From assembly GCF_046299535.1 (NCBI RefSeq), contig NZ_JBKBIB010000012.1, positions 21,833-85,832 of the forward strand: a stretch of 64,000 bases of DNA. Reading direction: 5' to 3'. Source of the DNA: Brevundimonas sp. (GTDB lineage Bacteria > Pseudomonadota > Alphaproteobacteria > Caulobacterales > Caulobacteraceae). Under the pieces are notes generated by a model. The model had not been told where the DNA came from, searched no databases, and was given only the letters and a program-made list of their open reading frames with translations. The position numbers and the translations under genes are program-made. Shown here one piece after another: positions 25,943 to 35,589 of the stretch. Position 1 is the first letter of the stretch. Each line of letters begins with the position of its first letter.

Positions 25943-26064
25943 GTCATCCTCCTGGTGAGATTTATGAACGGCTATGCCGCCGTTCAGTTGCGCGTTGACC
26001 GGGGGCCGTCGCGGGGTCCGGCGTTACGAAAGGGGCCCTGCGGTTGGCGTCGGGCCCCGTGACC

Positions 26065-26733
26065 TCAGAGAAGCTCGTCCATGACCTGGGTCGCCAGGCG
26101 CCGCGTGACCGGACGGTGCAAGGCGTCGAGGCGTTCCACGACGGCTTCGGCGGCGGCGGCGGACCGTTCGATGCGGCGCACCAGATAGGGGATCACGTCG
26201 GGTTGGGGCCGGATGCTGCGGCGGGCGAAGGCGCGCTCCAGAATGGCGCCCAGTACGGCGTCGTCGGGTTCATCAAGCACCACGGTGCGGATGGCGTTCA
26301 GGCGGGAGTGCAGATCCGGCAAGGTCACGGGCCACAGGAAGGGCGCCTTGCGTGACACCAGCAGCAAGGCGCCGCCGTGGCCTTGCGCAAGATTCAGGAG
26401 GTGGAACAGGGTCTCGTCGTCGGCTTCCGGCGCCCGGTCCAGCAGCACCGGTCGTCCCTCCAGTTCCATGGGATCGGCCAGGGCCGCCTCGGCGCCGTCC
26501 AGGGGAACCGCGCTCACCCGCTCGGCCCACAGGGCGGCCAGATGGCTCTTGCCCGATCCGGCCGGCCCGCACAGGGACAGCACCCCGCCGCCCAGCCCGG
26601 CCGCCGCATCGGGCCAGCCGGCGAGGCTGAGCGCGGCCGCACGGTTGCAGTCGGAGACCACGAAATCATTCGCCCGGAACGGCGTCTCGCGCTCCAGCTC
26701 CAGTTTCAGCTGCTCGGTCCGGTCGGCGGTCAT
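26065..26733 (-). CDS. hdaA: DnaA regulatory inactivator (Hda homologue)
   Basis: 222 aa. Walker A GPAGSGKSHL. DnaA-domain-III-like AAA+ module without a DNA-binding domain. Confidence 0.8.
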   Translation of the reverse strand: MTADRTEQLKLELERETPFRANDFVVSDCNRAAALSLAGWPDAAAGLGGGVLSLCGPAGSGKSHLAALWAERVSAVPLDGAEAALADPMELEGRPVLLDRAPEADDETLFHLLNLAQGHGGALLLVSRKAPFLWPVTLPDLHSRLNAIRTVVLDEPDDAVLGAILERAFARRSIRPQPDVIPYLVRRIERSAAAAEAVVERLDALHRPVTRRLATQVMDELL

Positions 26734-26801
26734 GTCCGCCCTATATCAGAACGGCGCCGCTGCCGCGCCAGAATGCAACCGGACGGCGTGGTGGACGGCG
26801 G

Positions 26802-27422
26802 TCAGTCCCCTGTGGATGACTGCTGCGCCATCTGCGCCTGCATCTCGCGTCTCCGGTCCTCCTGCTCGTCCAGCGTGGGCACGCCAGCCGCGCCACGAAG
26901 GGAGTCGGGCAGTAGCTCACGGTCATACTCGCCCCGGATCACCTCGCCAGCAGCCGCGCGAAGCTGGAATTGCGTGCCGTAAATTTGCGGGCGGCCGATA
27001 TGTTGCAGATAGCGGTCAAGGGTCGCCGCCGCGATCCAGGAGGCGTGAGAGTGGCCCTTGCTGACGGCGGTCACCGCCAGAACGTGGGCGAGAAGAAAGT
27101 CATCGGGCTGGTTGCCGTGCTGGAAAATGAAGGCGGCGTGGAAATAGTCCTGAGCAGTATTGATCTGGTTGGCATCCAGCATCGCGCGGGTACGGACGCG
27201 ACGTTCGGCGTCCTGCATGCTCACCAGGACTCCGTTTGAAATCATGCCGCCCGTTCTGGCGGCCTGATCTGCGGCGAACATGGCTGCAAGTTCTTCGTTA
27301 TGTGCCGCTGTCTCCGCTTGGGCGGTTGGCGTGTCGGGGGGCGGCTTGACGATAGTGTTTGTCGATTCTGTGCAGGACATTAGGGCGAGAGCGGCGACGA
27401 ATGCAGTCAGGCGAATGGCCAC
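26802..27422 (-). CDS. hypothetical lipoprotein/exported protein
   Basis: GTG start. Signal and lipobox-like MAIRLTAFVAALALMSC. Visibly more A/T-rich than its neighbours. Confidence 0.55.
   Translation of the reverse strand: MAIRLTAFVAALALMSCTESTNTIVKPPPDTPTAQAETAAHNEELAAMFAADQAARTGGMISNGVLVSMQDAERRVRTRAMLDANQINTAQDYFHAAFIFQHGNQPDDFLLAHVLAVTAVSKGHSHASWIAAATLDRYLQHIGRPQIYGTQFQLRAAAGEVIRGEYDRELLPDSLRGAAGVPTLDEQEDRRREMQAQMAQQSSTGD
26811..26819 (-). promoter_or_regulatory. DnaA-box-like 9-mer upstream of hdaA
   Basis: Minus strand reads TCATCCACA (8/9 to TTATCCACA), 78-86 nt upstream of ATG 26733, inside the last codons of the upstream ORF. Confidence 0.35.
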
Positions 27423-27618
27423 GGGTTAAGCTCCAGAATGGCGCCGAGCCGTCTCGACGGGCGGTTGTCCTTCTGACACGAGCCGGACGTGTGAAAACGA
27501 CATAAGTACAAAATGTCTTCGCCGCACGTGGAACAGCCTCCAAACCTTGACTTTCCGGGGGGATAATGCGCCCTTCCGCGCCTTCCTTTTCTGCTGATTT
27601 TCGGCCCCGGATACCACC

Positions 27619-29400
27619 ATGCACGCCTATCGCTCACACACCTGCGGCGCCCTTCGCGCGACTGACGCAGGCTCCACCGTCCGCCTGTCCGGCTGGGTGC
27701 ACAGAAAGCGCGACCATGGCGGCCTGCTGTTCATCGATCTGCGCGACCATTACGGCCTGACGCAGCTGGTGCTGCACCCCGCGACGCCGGGCTTCGAGGC
27801 GGTGGAGCGTCTGCGCGCCGAGAGCGTCATCTCTGTCGATGGCGAGGTGGTGAACCGCACGCAGGAAACCGTGAACTCCAACCTGCCCACCGGCGAGATC
27901 GAGGTGCAGGTCAAGGCGGTGCAGGTGCTGTCCGAGGCCGCCGAGCTGCCGCTGCCGGTGTTCGGAGAGCCGGAGTATCCCGAGGAAATCCGGCTGAAGC
28001 ACCGCTATCTGGACCTGCGCCGCGAGACCCTTCACCGCAACATCGTGTTGCGGTCGAAGGTGATCCACTCGATCCGTCAGCGCATGGTCGGGCAGGGCTT
28101 CCTGGAGTTCCAGACGCCTATCCTGACGGCGTCGTCGCCCGAGGGCGCGCGGGACTTCCTGGTGCCCAGCCGCCTGCATCCGTCGAAATTCTATGCGCTG
28201 CCGCAGGCCCCGCAGCAGTTCAAGCAGCTGCTGATGGTGTCGGGCTTCGACCGCTATTTCCAGATCGCGCCGTGCTTCCGCGACGAGGACCTGCGGGCGG
28301 ACCGGTCGCTGGAGTTCTACCAGCTCGACGTGGAGATGAGCTTCGTCACGCAAGAGGATGTTTTTGCAGCGATCGAGCCCGTCATGCACGGGGTGTTCGA
28401 GGAATTCTCCAACGGCAAGGCTGTCGACCCCTATCCGTTCGTGCGCATCCCCTACCGGGAATCCATCGCCAAGTACGGCACCGACAAGCCGGACCTGCGC
28501 AACCCCATCGAGATGCAGGACGTGTCCGACCACTTCCGGGACGGCGGGTTCGGCCTGTTCAACAAGATCCTCGCCGCGGACGCCAAGAACGCGGTCTGGG
28601 CCATCCCGGCGCCGGGCGGCGGCTCGCGCGCCTTCTGCGACCGCATGAACTCGTGGGCGCAGGGCGAGGGCCAGCCGGGTCTGGGCTACATCTTCTGGTC
28701 CGAGGACCAAGGCGCCTGGGGCGGCCCCATCGCCAAGAATCTTGGCGCCGAGGCGACCGACGCCCTGATGACGGCGCTGGGTCTGGGGCAGGGGGACGCG
28801 GTGTTCTTCGCGGCCGGCGATCCGGCCGCGTTCCACAAGTTCGCGGGCAATGCCCGGATCAAGCTGGGTCTGGACCTGAACCTGGTCAAGGACGACGCCT
28901 TCCGCTTCTGCTGGATCGTGGACTTCCCCATGTTCGAGTGGTCCGAGGAAGAGAAGAAGGTCGACTTCAGCCACAACCCCTTCTCCATGCCGCAGGGCGA
29001 GCTGGAGGCGCTTCAGAGCAAGGACCCGCTGGATATCCTGGCCTATCAGTACGACATCGTCTGCAATGGCTATGAGCTGTGCTCGGGCGCCATTCGGAAC
29101 CACAAGCCGGAGATCATGCTCAAGGCGTTCGAGATCGCGGGCTACGGGCCGGAAGTGGTCGAGGCCGAGTTCGGCGGCATGCTGAACGCCTTCCGCTACG
29201 GCGCGCCGCCCCACGGCGGTCTGGCGCCGGGCATCGACCGCATCGTCATGCTGCTGGCGGGCGAGCAGGCCATCCGCGAGGTCATCGCCTTCCCGCTGAA
29301 CCAGCAGGGGCAGGATCTGCTGATGAATGCGCCGTCCGAGGTGGAGGAGCGTCAGCTCAAGGAACTGCACATCCGCCTGGCCCCGCCGATCAAGGTCTGA
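27619..29400 (+). CDS. aspS: aspartate--tRNA ligase
   Basis: 593 aa. N-terminal OB anticodon-binding domain and class II motifs ([36 protein letters not shown]). Confidence 0.95.
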   Translation: MHAYRSHTCGALRATDAGSTVRLSGWVHRKRDHGGLLFIDLRDHYGLTQLVLHPATPGFEAVERLRAESVISVDGEVVNRTQETVNSNLPTGEIEVQVKAVQVLSEAAELPLPVFGEPEYPEEIRLKHRYLDLRRETLHRNIVLRSKVIHSIRQRMVGQGFLEFQTPILTASSPEGARDFLVPSRLHPSKFYALPQAPQQFKQLLMVSGFDRYFQIAPCFRDEDLRADRSLEFYQLDVEMSFVTQEDVFAAIEPVMHGVFEEFSNGKAVDPYPFVRIPYRESIAKYGTDKPDLRNPIEMQDVSDHFRDGGFGLFNKILAADAKNAVWAIPAPGGGSRAFCDRMNSWAQGEGQPGLGYIFWSEDQGAWGGPIAKNLGAEATDALMTALGLGQGDAVFFAAGDPAAFHKFAGNARIKLGLDLNLVKDDAFRFCWIVDFPMFEWSEEEKKVDFSHNPFSMPQGELEALQSKDPLDILAYQYDIVCNGYELCSGAIRNHKPEIMLKAFEIAGYGPEVVEAEFGGMLNAFRYGAPPHGGLAPGIDRIVMLLAGEQAIREVIAFPLNQQGQDLLMNAPSEVEERQLKELHIRLAPPIKV

Positions 29401-29403
29401 GGC

Positions 29404-30294
29404 CTATTCGCCGCCGAAAGCGATGATGTTGCGCGGCGCCGGGGCGACCGGCGGGCGGGGCGGCACGGGCACGCGCACATGCCGACGGACGCCGGTGCAC
29501 GCTCCGGTATTGCTCAGCCGCGATGGAAGGCGGGTCGTGGCGTCGGCGCAGGCTTCATCCGCCTGGGACTGGGTCAGGTTTCGCACGCCGGAGAGATCCG
29601 CCCCCCGGATGTCGGCGCGGGCCAGATTGGCCCCTGAAAAGTCAGCTCCGCCAAAGCGTCCGCCGCCCAGTTGAGCGGCGCTGAGGTTGGCGCCGCGGAA
29701 GTTTGCGTTCCGGAAATCGCCGCCACGCAAGTTGGACGCGGTCATCTGGGTGTTGCTGAAGTCGGCCCGGGGGGCCACCGCATGGCTGAAATCGGCGCCG
29801 AAGAGTTCGCTGCCGCCCAAACGGCTGCCGGCCAGCTCCGCCCCGCGGAAGTTCACGCCAACCAGTTCGCCGTCGGTGAGAACCGCGTTGTTCAGGCTGG
29901 CGCCCGTGAACAGGGCGCCCTGAGCCGTGGCGCCGGTCAGATTGGCGTTGTCGAAGGCTGCGCCGGTGAAATTGGCCCCGACGATGGTCACGCCGCGCAG
30001 GTCGGCGCGGGTGAAATCCGCGCCGCTGAAATTCGAGCCCACCAGCTGCGCTCCGCGCAGATTGGCGCCTACCAGGGCTGCGCCCGAGAAATTTGCGCCT
30101 GTGAAGCTGGCGCCGCCCAGATCCCGACCGGACAATTCGCAGCCCCGGCACGCTCCGCCCAGAGAAACCAGGCGGGCGACGTCACGATCCTGCAGGTTCA
30201 TCTCTGCGGCGGCGCTGGTCGCGGCAATGCCGGCAGCCACGCCTGCAAAGGCGGCGGCGAAGCGGAGAAGGGGGCGGGCGGCGGGTTTCATCAC
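29404..30294 (-). CDS. secreted pentapeptide-repeat protein
   Basis: Signal peptide (MMKPAARPLLRFAAAFAGVAAGIAATSAAA), then about 40 A(D/N)LxG-type pentapeptides. Also CRGC near the start and C..C near the C-terminus. Confidence 0.8.
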   Translation of the reverse strand: MMKPAARPLLRFAAAFAGVAAGIAATSAAAEMNLQDRDVARLVSLGGACRGCELSGRDLGGASFTGANFSGAALVGANLRGAQLVGSNFSGADFTRADLRGVTIVGANFTGAAFDNANLTGATAQGALFTGASLNNAVLTDGELVGVNFRGAELAGSRLGGSELFGADFSHAVAPRADFSNTQMTASNLRGGDFRNANFRGANLSAAQLGGGRFGGADFSGANLARADIRGADLSGVRNLTQSQADEACADATTRLPSRLSNTGACTGVRRHVRVPVPPRPPVAPAPRNIIAFGGE

Positions 30295-30366
30295 GCCTCA
30301 TCCATGCCGCTTAAGTGCATGAGGAACCACTTAAATCGCGGTAACGTCGGCGCCCTGCGCGCGTCC

Positions 30367-30849
30367 TCAGCAAGGCGGAATGTGAAGACCGGCAGGCAGG
30401 TTGGTCGTGGCGTCGCCACAGGCGCGGTCCAGTTGCCCCTGGGTCAGGCCGCGGGCGCCGCTGAGGTCTGCGCCTGACAGATTGGCGCCGGTCAGGGTCG
30501 CGCCCGCGAAGTTGGCCCCGCGCAGGTGCACACCCACAAGGCTGGCGTTGGTCAGATCAGCGCCGGCGAAATTGGCCGACGAAAACACGCCGCCGTACGC
30601 CTCGATGTCGCGCAGATCCGCGTTGGCGAAGTTGGCGCGGTTCAGAACGGTCAGGCTCAGGTCGGCCTGACGCAGGCGCGCGCGGCTGAAATTCAGTCCG
30701 GATCGTTCCAGGCCATTGAAATTCGCCTGGAAAAGGTTGCAACCGGGGCAGCTGGAGCCGGACACGGCGCGAGCCACCTGGCCAGCATTCTGGGCCATAA
30801 CCGGCGAGGCGAGGCCCACGATGGCGAGGGCGATGAGGATGGTTCTCAT
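30367..30849 (-). CDS. secreted pentapeptide-repeat protein (short paralogue)
   Basis: Signal peptide MRTILIALAIVGLASPVMA, CPGC motif, pentapeptide repeats, and a C-terminal C...C. Confidence 0.8.
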   Translation of the reverse strand: MRTILIALAIVGLASPVMAQNAGQVARAVSGSSCPGCNLFQANFNGLERSGLNFSRARLRQADLSLTVLNRANFANADLRDIEAYGGVFSSANFAGADLTNASLVGVHLRGANFAGATLTGANLSGADLSGARGLTQGQLDRACGDATTNLPAGLHIPPC

Positions 30850-30893
30850 GACGGGACTCCGCGAATGTCGTCCCGTGTATGCAAGAACAGGGC

Positions 30894-33695
30894 CTAACGG
30901 CCCGTTTCATTCATCTGAGGTGAGGCGCCGCAGGAGTCGCACTCGAGACCTGCGCCCTTGCGTTGGAGGGCGAAATCGCCGCACGCCGGGCAGGCGGCGG
31001 CCAGAGGGGGTGTCGCGGGATCTGCGGAAAGCTGCGCTTCCCGCTTCTGGCCGAACGGCAGCACCACCAGATTGTCCGGGGCGGCGCCCCGGGCGAAGCC
31101 CTTGGAGATGAAGCGGGCGGCGGGCACGGTCTCCGGCCCGTCGCCTGCGCCCAGACCATCCGCGTTCAGGGCGTCGGGATCGGCGTTGGCCAGCTCCGAC
31201 CGGTCCAGATAGCTGACGGCCAGTTCGCGGAAGATGTAGTCCAGGATCGAGGTGGCGGACTTGATGGAGTCGTTGCCGGTCACGCGGCCCGCCGGCTCGA
31301 AGCGGGTGAAGACAAAGGCGTCCACGAACTCGTCCAGCGGCACGCCGTATTGCAGGCCGATGGAGATGGCGATGGCGAAATTGTTCATCAGGCTGCGGAA
31401 GGCGGCACCTTCCTTGTGCATGTCGATGAAGATTTCGCCCAGTTCGCCGTCGTCGTATTCGCCGGTGTGGATGTAGACCTTGTGGCCGCCCACGGCGGCC
31501 TTCTGGATGTAGCCCTTGCGGCGGTCGGGCAGCTTGCGCCGGGTGCGATCGCGTTCGACTACCTTTTCCACCACGCGCTCGGATACGGGGCGCTCTGCGG
31601 TTTCCGACGAGAGTGTTCGTCCGGATGTTTCGACCGGGGGCAGATCCAGCAGGTCTCCCGGGGGAGCAGGGGACGCCATGAGCCGGATGGCGCGCGCCCC
31701 GGCCAGCGCCCGGCGGGACACGGCGCGCATGGCCTGCTCGCTGGTGGCGTCCCAGTCCAGACGCTCGGGTACAAGGTCAGGCACATCGCTGAACCGAGAC
31801 ATGGCGGCGGCCACCGCAGCCGGATCGATCCCCAGGACAGCGCGAAGCGCGGGCGACGCAGCGTCCCAGTCGCTCAGATCAGGGCGGCCGAAAGCGTAGG
31901 CCGCGGCGCGGGCCCGGTCGTCGTCGCTCACGCCCAGATGGACGAACAGATCGAAGCCGGGTGTTTCACGATCCTGCGCGGTGACGCCCAGAACGTCGTG
32001 CAGGAAGCCTGCGTCGAGAACCGGCAGAAAGGCGTCGTCCAGCCGCTGGACCGTCGCGAGGGCGGTTTCGACAGCCTGGAGTTCCACGTCCGTGAAGCCG
32101 AACGCCCTCAGGGCGGCGTGGTCCAGTCCCGGCGCCTCGACCAGGGTGCGGCGCCCCAGCAGGTGGCGCTCGGCCGCTTCCACGTCTTCCCCCAGCGCAA
32201 CGATGGCTCTGGCCGCATGAGGGGACAGTGCGGGGGTCGTGTCGCCTTCGGCGGTCTCTATGAGAATACGGTGTGGCGCCGAGCCGTCCAGGCGCGCGCC
32301 GAGACGAAGCGCCAGTTCAGCATCGTCAGAGAAAAGGCCGATGAGCGCATGACGAAGACCATGCTTCCGCGCGGCCTTCAACGCCTGATCATACAGCGCC
32401 CCGGCGCGAACGCCTTCCGGGCCGAGCCCGGAGACGGCGTCGGCGCGAGCTGCCACAACGGCCAGCGTCTCCTCGGCGTGATCCGGCCAGTCGGGGCAGG
32501 CCCGCACCCGGGCCGCCATGTCCGCCGATGCGGCCGTGGCCGTGGCGTGAATCAAGGCAGCGCGTCCGGCGATCCAGGCCTGACCGGCATCGCTTTCGGC
32601 CGCCAGCCCCTGGGCCATGACAGCTTCGCCGACTCCCGTCAGGGCCAGGGTGATCTGGCGCACGCCGAAGCGCCAGGCGGCATCTGCGGCTGTGCGGGAA
32701 TAGCCGCAGGCGGCCTCGATCTCCAGCGCCGTGGTGACGAGACGCGCGACAACCTCCAGATTCTTGATGTCGTCGATGGCCGCCAGATTCAGTGCGGCGG
32801 AGGGGGCCGCCGCTGCTCCGGCCAGCGCGGCGGCGTCGCGGGGGGCGAACGCCAGGGTTACCCCGCCCGTGGCCAGGGCTGCGTCCACCGCAGGGCGGGT
32901 GACGGGCGCCCCGGATGCGGCGAGGGCCCGTTCCGCCAGCGCGACCACCACACCATGACGCTTCGTCTGGAGACTGCCGATCTCCGGCGTACGTCCGCGA
33001 GCAGCCAGAAGAATGTCGGCGTCGCGTGCGCCTGCGGCCCGGGCGGCGTGAGCGGCCCGCGCCAGCGCAGGATTGCGTCGGGGGTCGGCGCAGTCGCTCT
33101 CGGGCCCTTCGCAGCGGTCGACGGCGGCCGATACCGCGAGCAACCTGTCGTGAAGGGCGCGTACGGCGTCTTCACCCAACCGACCGGCCTGCACCTGAGC
33201 CGCATACTGCTTCAGCCTCGCCGGGGCGGCGGGATCGGACAGGTCGATCACATCACGATCCGCCGGCTCCATGCCCCCATCGTCTGCGACGGGATGGACG
33301 CGATGCCCGCCGGCCGCGGTCGCGCCCGGCGCCGCGAGTCCGAGCAAGACGACGCTGATCAACTCCTCGGCGAAAGTCCGCGCGACCACCGCACTTTCGA
33401 ACAAGCCAAGGGCGTGCCCCCACGCGGCCAGCCGAACAGCCCAGCGTCCGGGCCCGCCGCCGAGCAGTTCGGGCTGCAGGGGCGCGGTCAGGGCTTCAGG
33501 GGCGAGGTTGGGCAGGTCGCCCGGCAGATCATCAGCCCAGTCCAGCCAGGCTTCGATGCGGGCGGAGGGCCAGCCGGCGGGCGCGAGGACGGTCTGGATG
33601 CGGTCCGGCCGCTCCACGGCGCGCGGCTCAAGGGCCACGGCGGCGGCGGAATCGGTGAACCGGGATGAAAAGCGCATCGATGTCTCCGCGGTCAT
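30894..33695 (-). CDS. TSCPD-domain protein (class II ribonucleotide reductase C-terminal domain homologue) with long Ala-rich N-terminal region and C-terminal CxxC..CxxC ribbon
   Basis: Residues ~650-790 resemble the NrdJ C-terminal TSCPD region ([85 protein letters not shown]...ILDYIFREL). The protein ends [23 protein letters not shown]. Confidence 0.7.
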   Translation of the reverse strand: MTAETSMRFSSRFTDSAAAVALEPRAVERPDRIQTVLAPAGWPSARIEAWLDWADDLPGDLPNLAPEALTAPLQPELLGGGPGRWAVRLAAWGHALGLFESAVVARTFAEELISVVLLGLAAPGATAAGGHRVHPVADDGGMEPADRDVIDLSDPAAPARLKQYAAQVQAGRLGEDAVRALHDRLLAVSAAVDRCEGPESDCADPRRNPALARAAHAARAAGARDADILLAARGRTPEIGSLQTKRHGVVVALAERALAASGAPVTRPAVDAALATGGVTLAFAPRDAAALAGAAAAPSAALNLAAIDDIKNLEVVARLVTTALEIEAACGYSRTAADAAWRFGVRQITLALTGVGEAVMAQGLAAESDAGQAWIAGRAALIHATATAASADMAARVRACPDWPDHAEETLAVVAARADAVSGLGPEGVRAGALYDQALKAARKHGLRHALIGLFSDDAELALRLGARLDGSAPHRILIETAEGDTTPALSPHAARAIVALGEDVEAAERHLLGRRTLVEAPGLDHAALRAFGFTDVELQAVETALATVQRLDDAFLPVLDAGFLHDVLGVTAQDRETPGFDLFVHLGVSDDDRARAAAYAFGRPDLSDWDAASPALRAVLGIDPAAVAAAMSRFSDVPDLVPERLDWDATSEQAMRAVSRRALAGARAIRLMASPAPPGDLLDLPPVETSGRTLSSETAERPVSERVVEKVVERDRTRRKLPDRRKGYIQKAAVGGHKVYIHTGEYDDGELGEIFIDMHKEGAAFRSLMNNFAIAISIGLQYGVPLDEFVDAFVFTRFEPAGRVTGNDSIKSATSILDYIFRELAVSYLDRSELANADPDALNADGLGAGDGPETVPAARFISKGFARGAAPDNLVVLPFGQKREAQLSADPATPPLAAACPACGDFALQRKGAGLECDSCGASPQMNETGR

Positions 33696-33843
33696 CGGGA
33701 AAGTTTAGGGGGAACAACACAAGGCGACAATAAATGTGGGCGCCCAGGCTCGCTTACCCACAAGATATTGCGAATTCGGGCGATGATCGGAATGCTGGAC
33801 GCAGGGCGGCGCGGTTTCTATATTCGCGACCGTTCAAGGGCGC

Positions 33844-34284
33844 GTGGTCGCCCTGATTCTCATCACGAAAGCGTCCGAAGTGCTGAACCTGCTGGCCAAG
33901 ATTTTCACCTGGTGGAACGGGGCGACCATCGGCACCCTTTTCACTGTCGCCAAACGCGGCGAGCTGGTGGGCACGGACGAGTTCGGCAACCGCTATTACC
34001 AGTCGCGGGACACCTCCAGCTACGATGGGCGCAAGCGCCGCTGGGTGATCTACGACGGTTATGCGGAGGCCACCAAGGTGGCGCCCGACTGGCACGGCTG
34101 GCTGCGCTACACCTTTGACGAGCCGCCGTCAGAGGGCGGCATGGCGCGCCGATCCTGGGAGCTGCCCCATCTGCCCAACCTGACCGGTACGCCCATGGCC
34201 TGGCGTCCCAAGGGCTCGCTGGCCGCCGAAGGCCGTCGTCCGGCCGCCACCGGCGACTATCAGGCCTGGACACCCGAGGGATGA
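33844..34284 (+). CDS. NADH:ubiquinone oxidoreductase subunit NDUFA12 homologue
   Basis: FTWWNGATIGTLF...GTDEFGNRYYQ...RRWVIY...PDWHGWLRYT are NDUFA12-family hallmarks. GTG start at 33844; an alternative in-frame GTG at 33880 gives the usual short N-terminus. Confidence 0.85.
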   Translation: MVALILITKASEVLNLLAKIFTWWNGATIGTLFTVAKRGELVGTDEFGNRYYQSRDTSSYDGRKRRWVIYDGYAEATKVAPDWHGWLRYTFDEPPSEGGMARRSWELPHLPNLTGTPMAWRPKGSLAAEGRRPAATGDYQAWTPEG

Positions 34285-34952
34285 GCCGTCGCGGCAGACT
34301 TCTGGCGGGCGTGGTGGCGGCGGGTGTGGTCGCCGCCGGAATGGTCGTCGCCCAGACCGAGCAGGAAGCGCAGGACGCCCAGCCCGCGCCGCAAGCACAG
34401 CCTGCTGATCCTGTTGCTGAAATTCTGAACCGTCAGGAGCAGCAGGACGCCGCCCGGCGCGCCACCGAGGCGTTGAACCGATCCCCGCCAGGAACCATGA
34501 TCCAGGTACCGCCGAGACCTGAACCCGCCGAACCGGTTCAGGAAGAGCGCGAAGCTGTCGTTGAAGAGGTCGCGACGGCCGCGACAGAGACGCCTGCGAC
34601 CCTGGAGGAGCCGGCCGAGCCGCCCGCCCGCGAGCGCCGCCCCGTCGCCATCATACAGGCCCTGGACAAGACCACGGCCGAGACCATGCGTTTTGAAGTG
34701 CGCGTGGGGGGGCCTCCTGTGCGCTTCCGCAACAGCCTGATTTTCACCGCCCGCGCCTGCGAGGTCAGCGCCTCGGATGATCCCCAGGAAGAAGCAGCGG
34801 CCTATCTGGAGATCCGCTCACAGCCCAGCGGCGCCAATCAGCCGACGCAGGCGCGTCAAGTGTTCCGGGGCTGGATGTTCGCCTCGGCCCCGGCGGTGAA
34901 TCCGCTGGAGCACCCGAACTATGACGCCTGGGTGGTGGGCTGCCGCGCGTAA
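34281..34952 (+). CDS. DUF2155-like exported protein
   Basis: Signal-like N-terminus. C-terminal [38 protein letters not shown], as in the family that commonly follows NDUFA12 genes in alphaproteobacteria. Confidence 0.65.
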   Translation: MSRRGRLLAGVVAAGVVAAGMVVAQTEQEAQDAQPAPQAQPADPVAEILNRQEQQDAARRATEALNRSPPGTMIQVPPRPEPAEPVQEEREAVVEEVATAATETPATLEEPAEPPARERRPVAIIQALDKTTAETMRFEVRVGGPPVRFRNSLIFTARACEVSASDDPQEEAAAYLEIRSQPSGANQPTQARQVFRGWMFASAPAVNPLEHPNYDAWVVGCRA

Positions 34953-35581
34953 AGCGTTGCCTGGGCCCCGCTCATCGGAGCCATGAAAGCGGCGAGGTCG
35001 GGCGTGACGTTCAGGATACCCTTGAGGGCGCACAGATAGTCGGCCTGGGATGTCTCCAGAAATCCGAACTGCGACAGGTGGCCGGTCATGAACTGGGCGT
35101 CCAGCAACCGCCAGCCGCCTTTCCTCATCCGCGCGACCAGATGCACCAGGGAGACCTTTGAGGCGTCGGTCGCCCGGCTGAACATGCTTTCGCCGAAAAA
35201 CGCCCCGCCCAGGGTCACGCCGTAAAGTCCCCCCACCAGCTCGCCGCCTTGGCGGCACTCTACGCTGTGGGCCGCTCCGCGCGCGTGCAGAGCCAGATAG
35301 AGCTCGCGGATCGCGGCGTTGATCCAGGTGTCCTCGCGACCCGGCGCGGCCGCGGCGCAGGCGTCCAGCACCCCCTCGAAATCGGTGCTGACGCTGACAG
35401 TGAAGCGGTCCTGCCGCACTGTGCGCGCCAGCCGCGACGACAGACGAAAACGGTCAGGCGGCAGGACGGCCCGCATCTGCGGTTCGACCAGATAGATCTC
35501 CGGGTCGTCGCGGCTGTCCGCCATGGGGAAGACGCCCGCAGCATAGGCACCCAGAAGTTCTTCCGGCCCGAACGGGGGCAT
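34919..35581 (-). CDS. aat: leucyl/phenylalanyl-tRNA--protein transferase
   Basis: Start ATG 35581 ([21 protein letters not shown]). Motifs [19 protein letters not shown] and [11 protein letters not shown]. Confidence 0.88.
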   Translation of the reverse strand: MPPFGPEELLGAYAAGVFPMADSRDDPEIYLVEPQMRAVLPPDRFRLSSRLARTVRQDRFTVSVSTDFEGVLDACAAAAPGREDTWINAAIRELYLALHARGAAHSVECRQGGELVGGLYGVTLGGAFFGESMFSRATDASKVSLVHLVARMRKGGWRLLDAQFMTGHLSQFGFLETSQADYLCALKGILNVTPDLAAFMAPMSGAQATLYARQPTTQAS

Positions 35582-35589
35582 GGCCCCGA

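Noticed and set aside
27634-29370. 578-aa minus-strand ORF opposite aspS; likewise 30963..33668 (+), 48772..50445 (-), 51271..53955 (-), 56459..58072 (-), 58569..60239 (-), 60175..62304 (-), 61479..63212 (-).
   Set aside because: All mirror well-supported genes and translate to Arg/Gly/His/Asp/Pro-rich low-complexity sequence. These are classic high-GC antisense ORFs.
30311-30340. CtrA-type TTAA-N7-TTAA box (two TTAA motifs between the pentapeptide genes).
   Set aside because: The spacing is 16 nt, not 7. No other paired TTAA motifs with correct spacing were seen in the intergenic regions I scanned.
33696-33843. Cobalamin riboswitch in front of the RNR-like TSCPD gene.
   Set aside because: The 5' region is too short, and I could not see a B12-box-like element. 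Only the weak NrdR-like palindrome was retained, as a low-interest finding.
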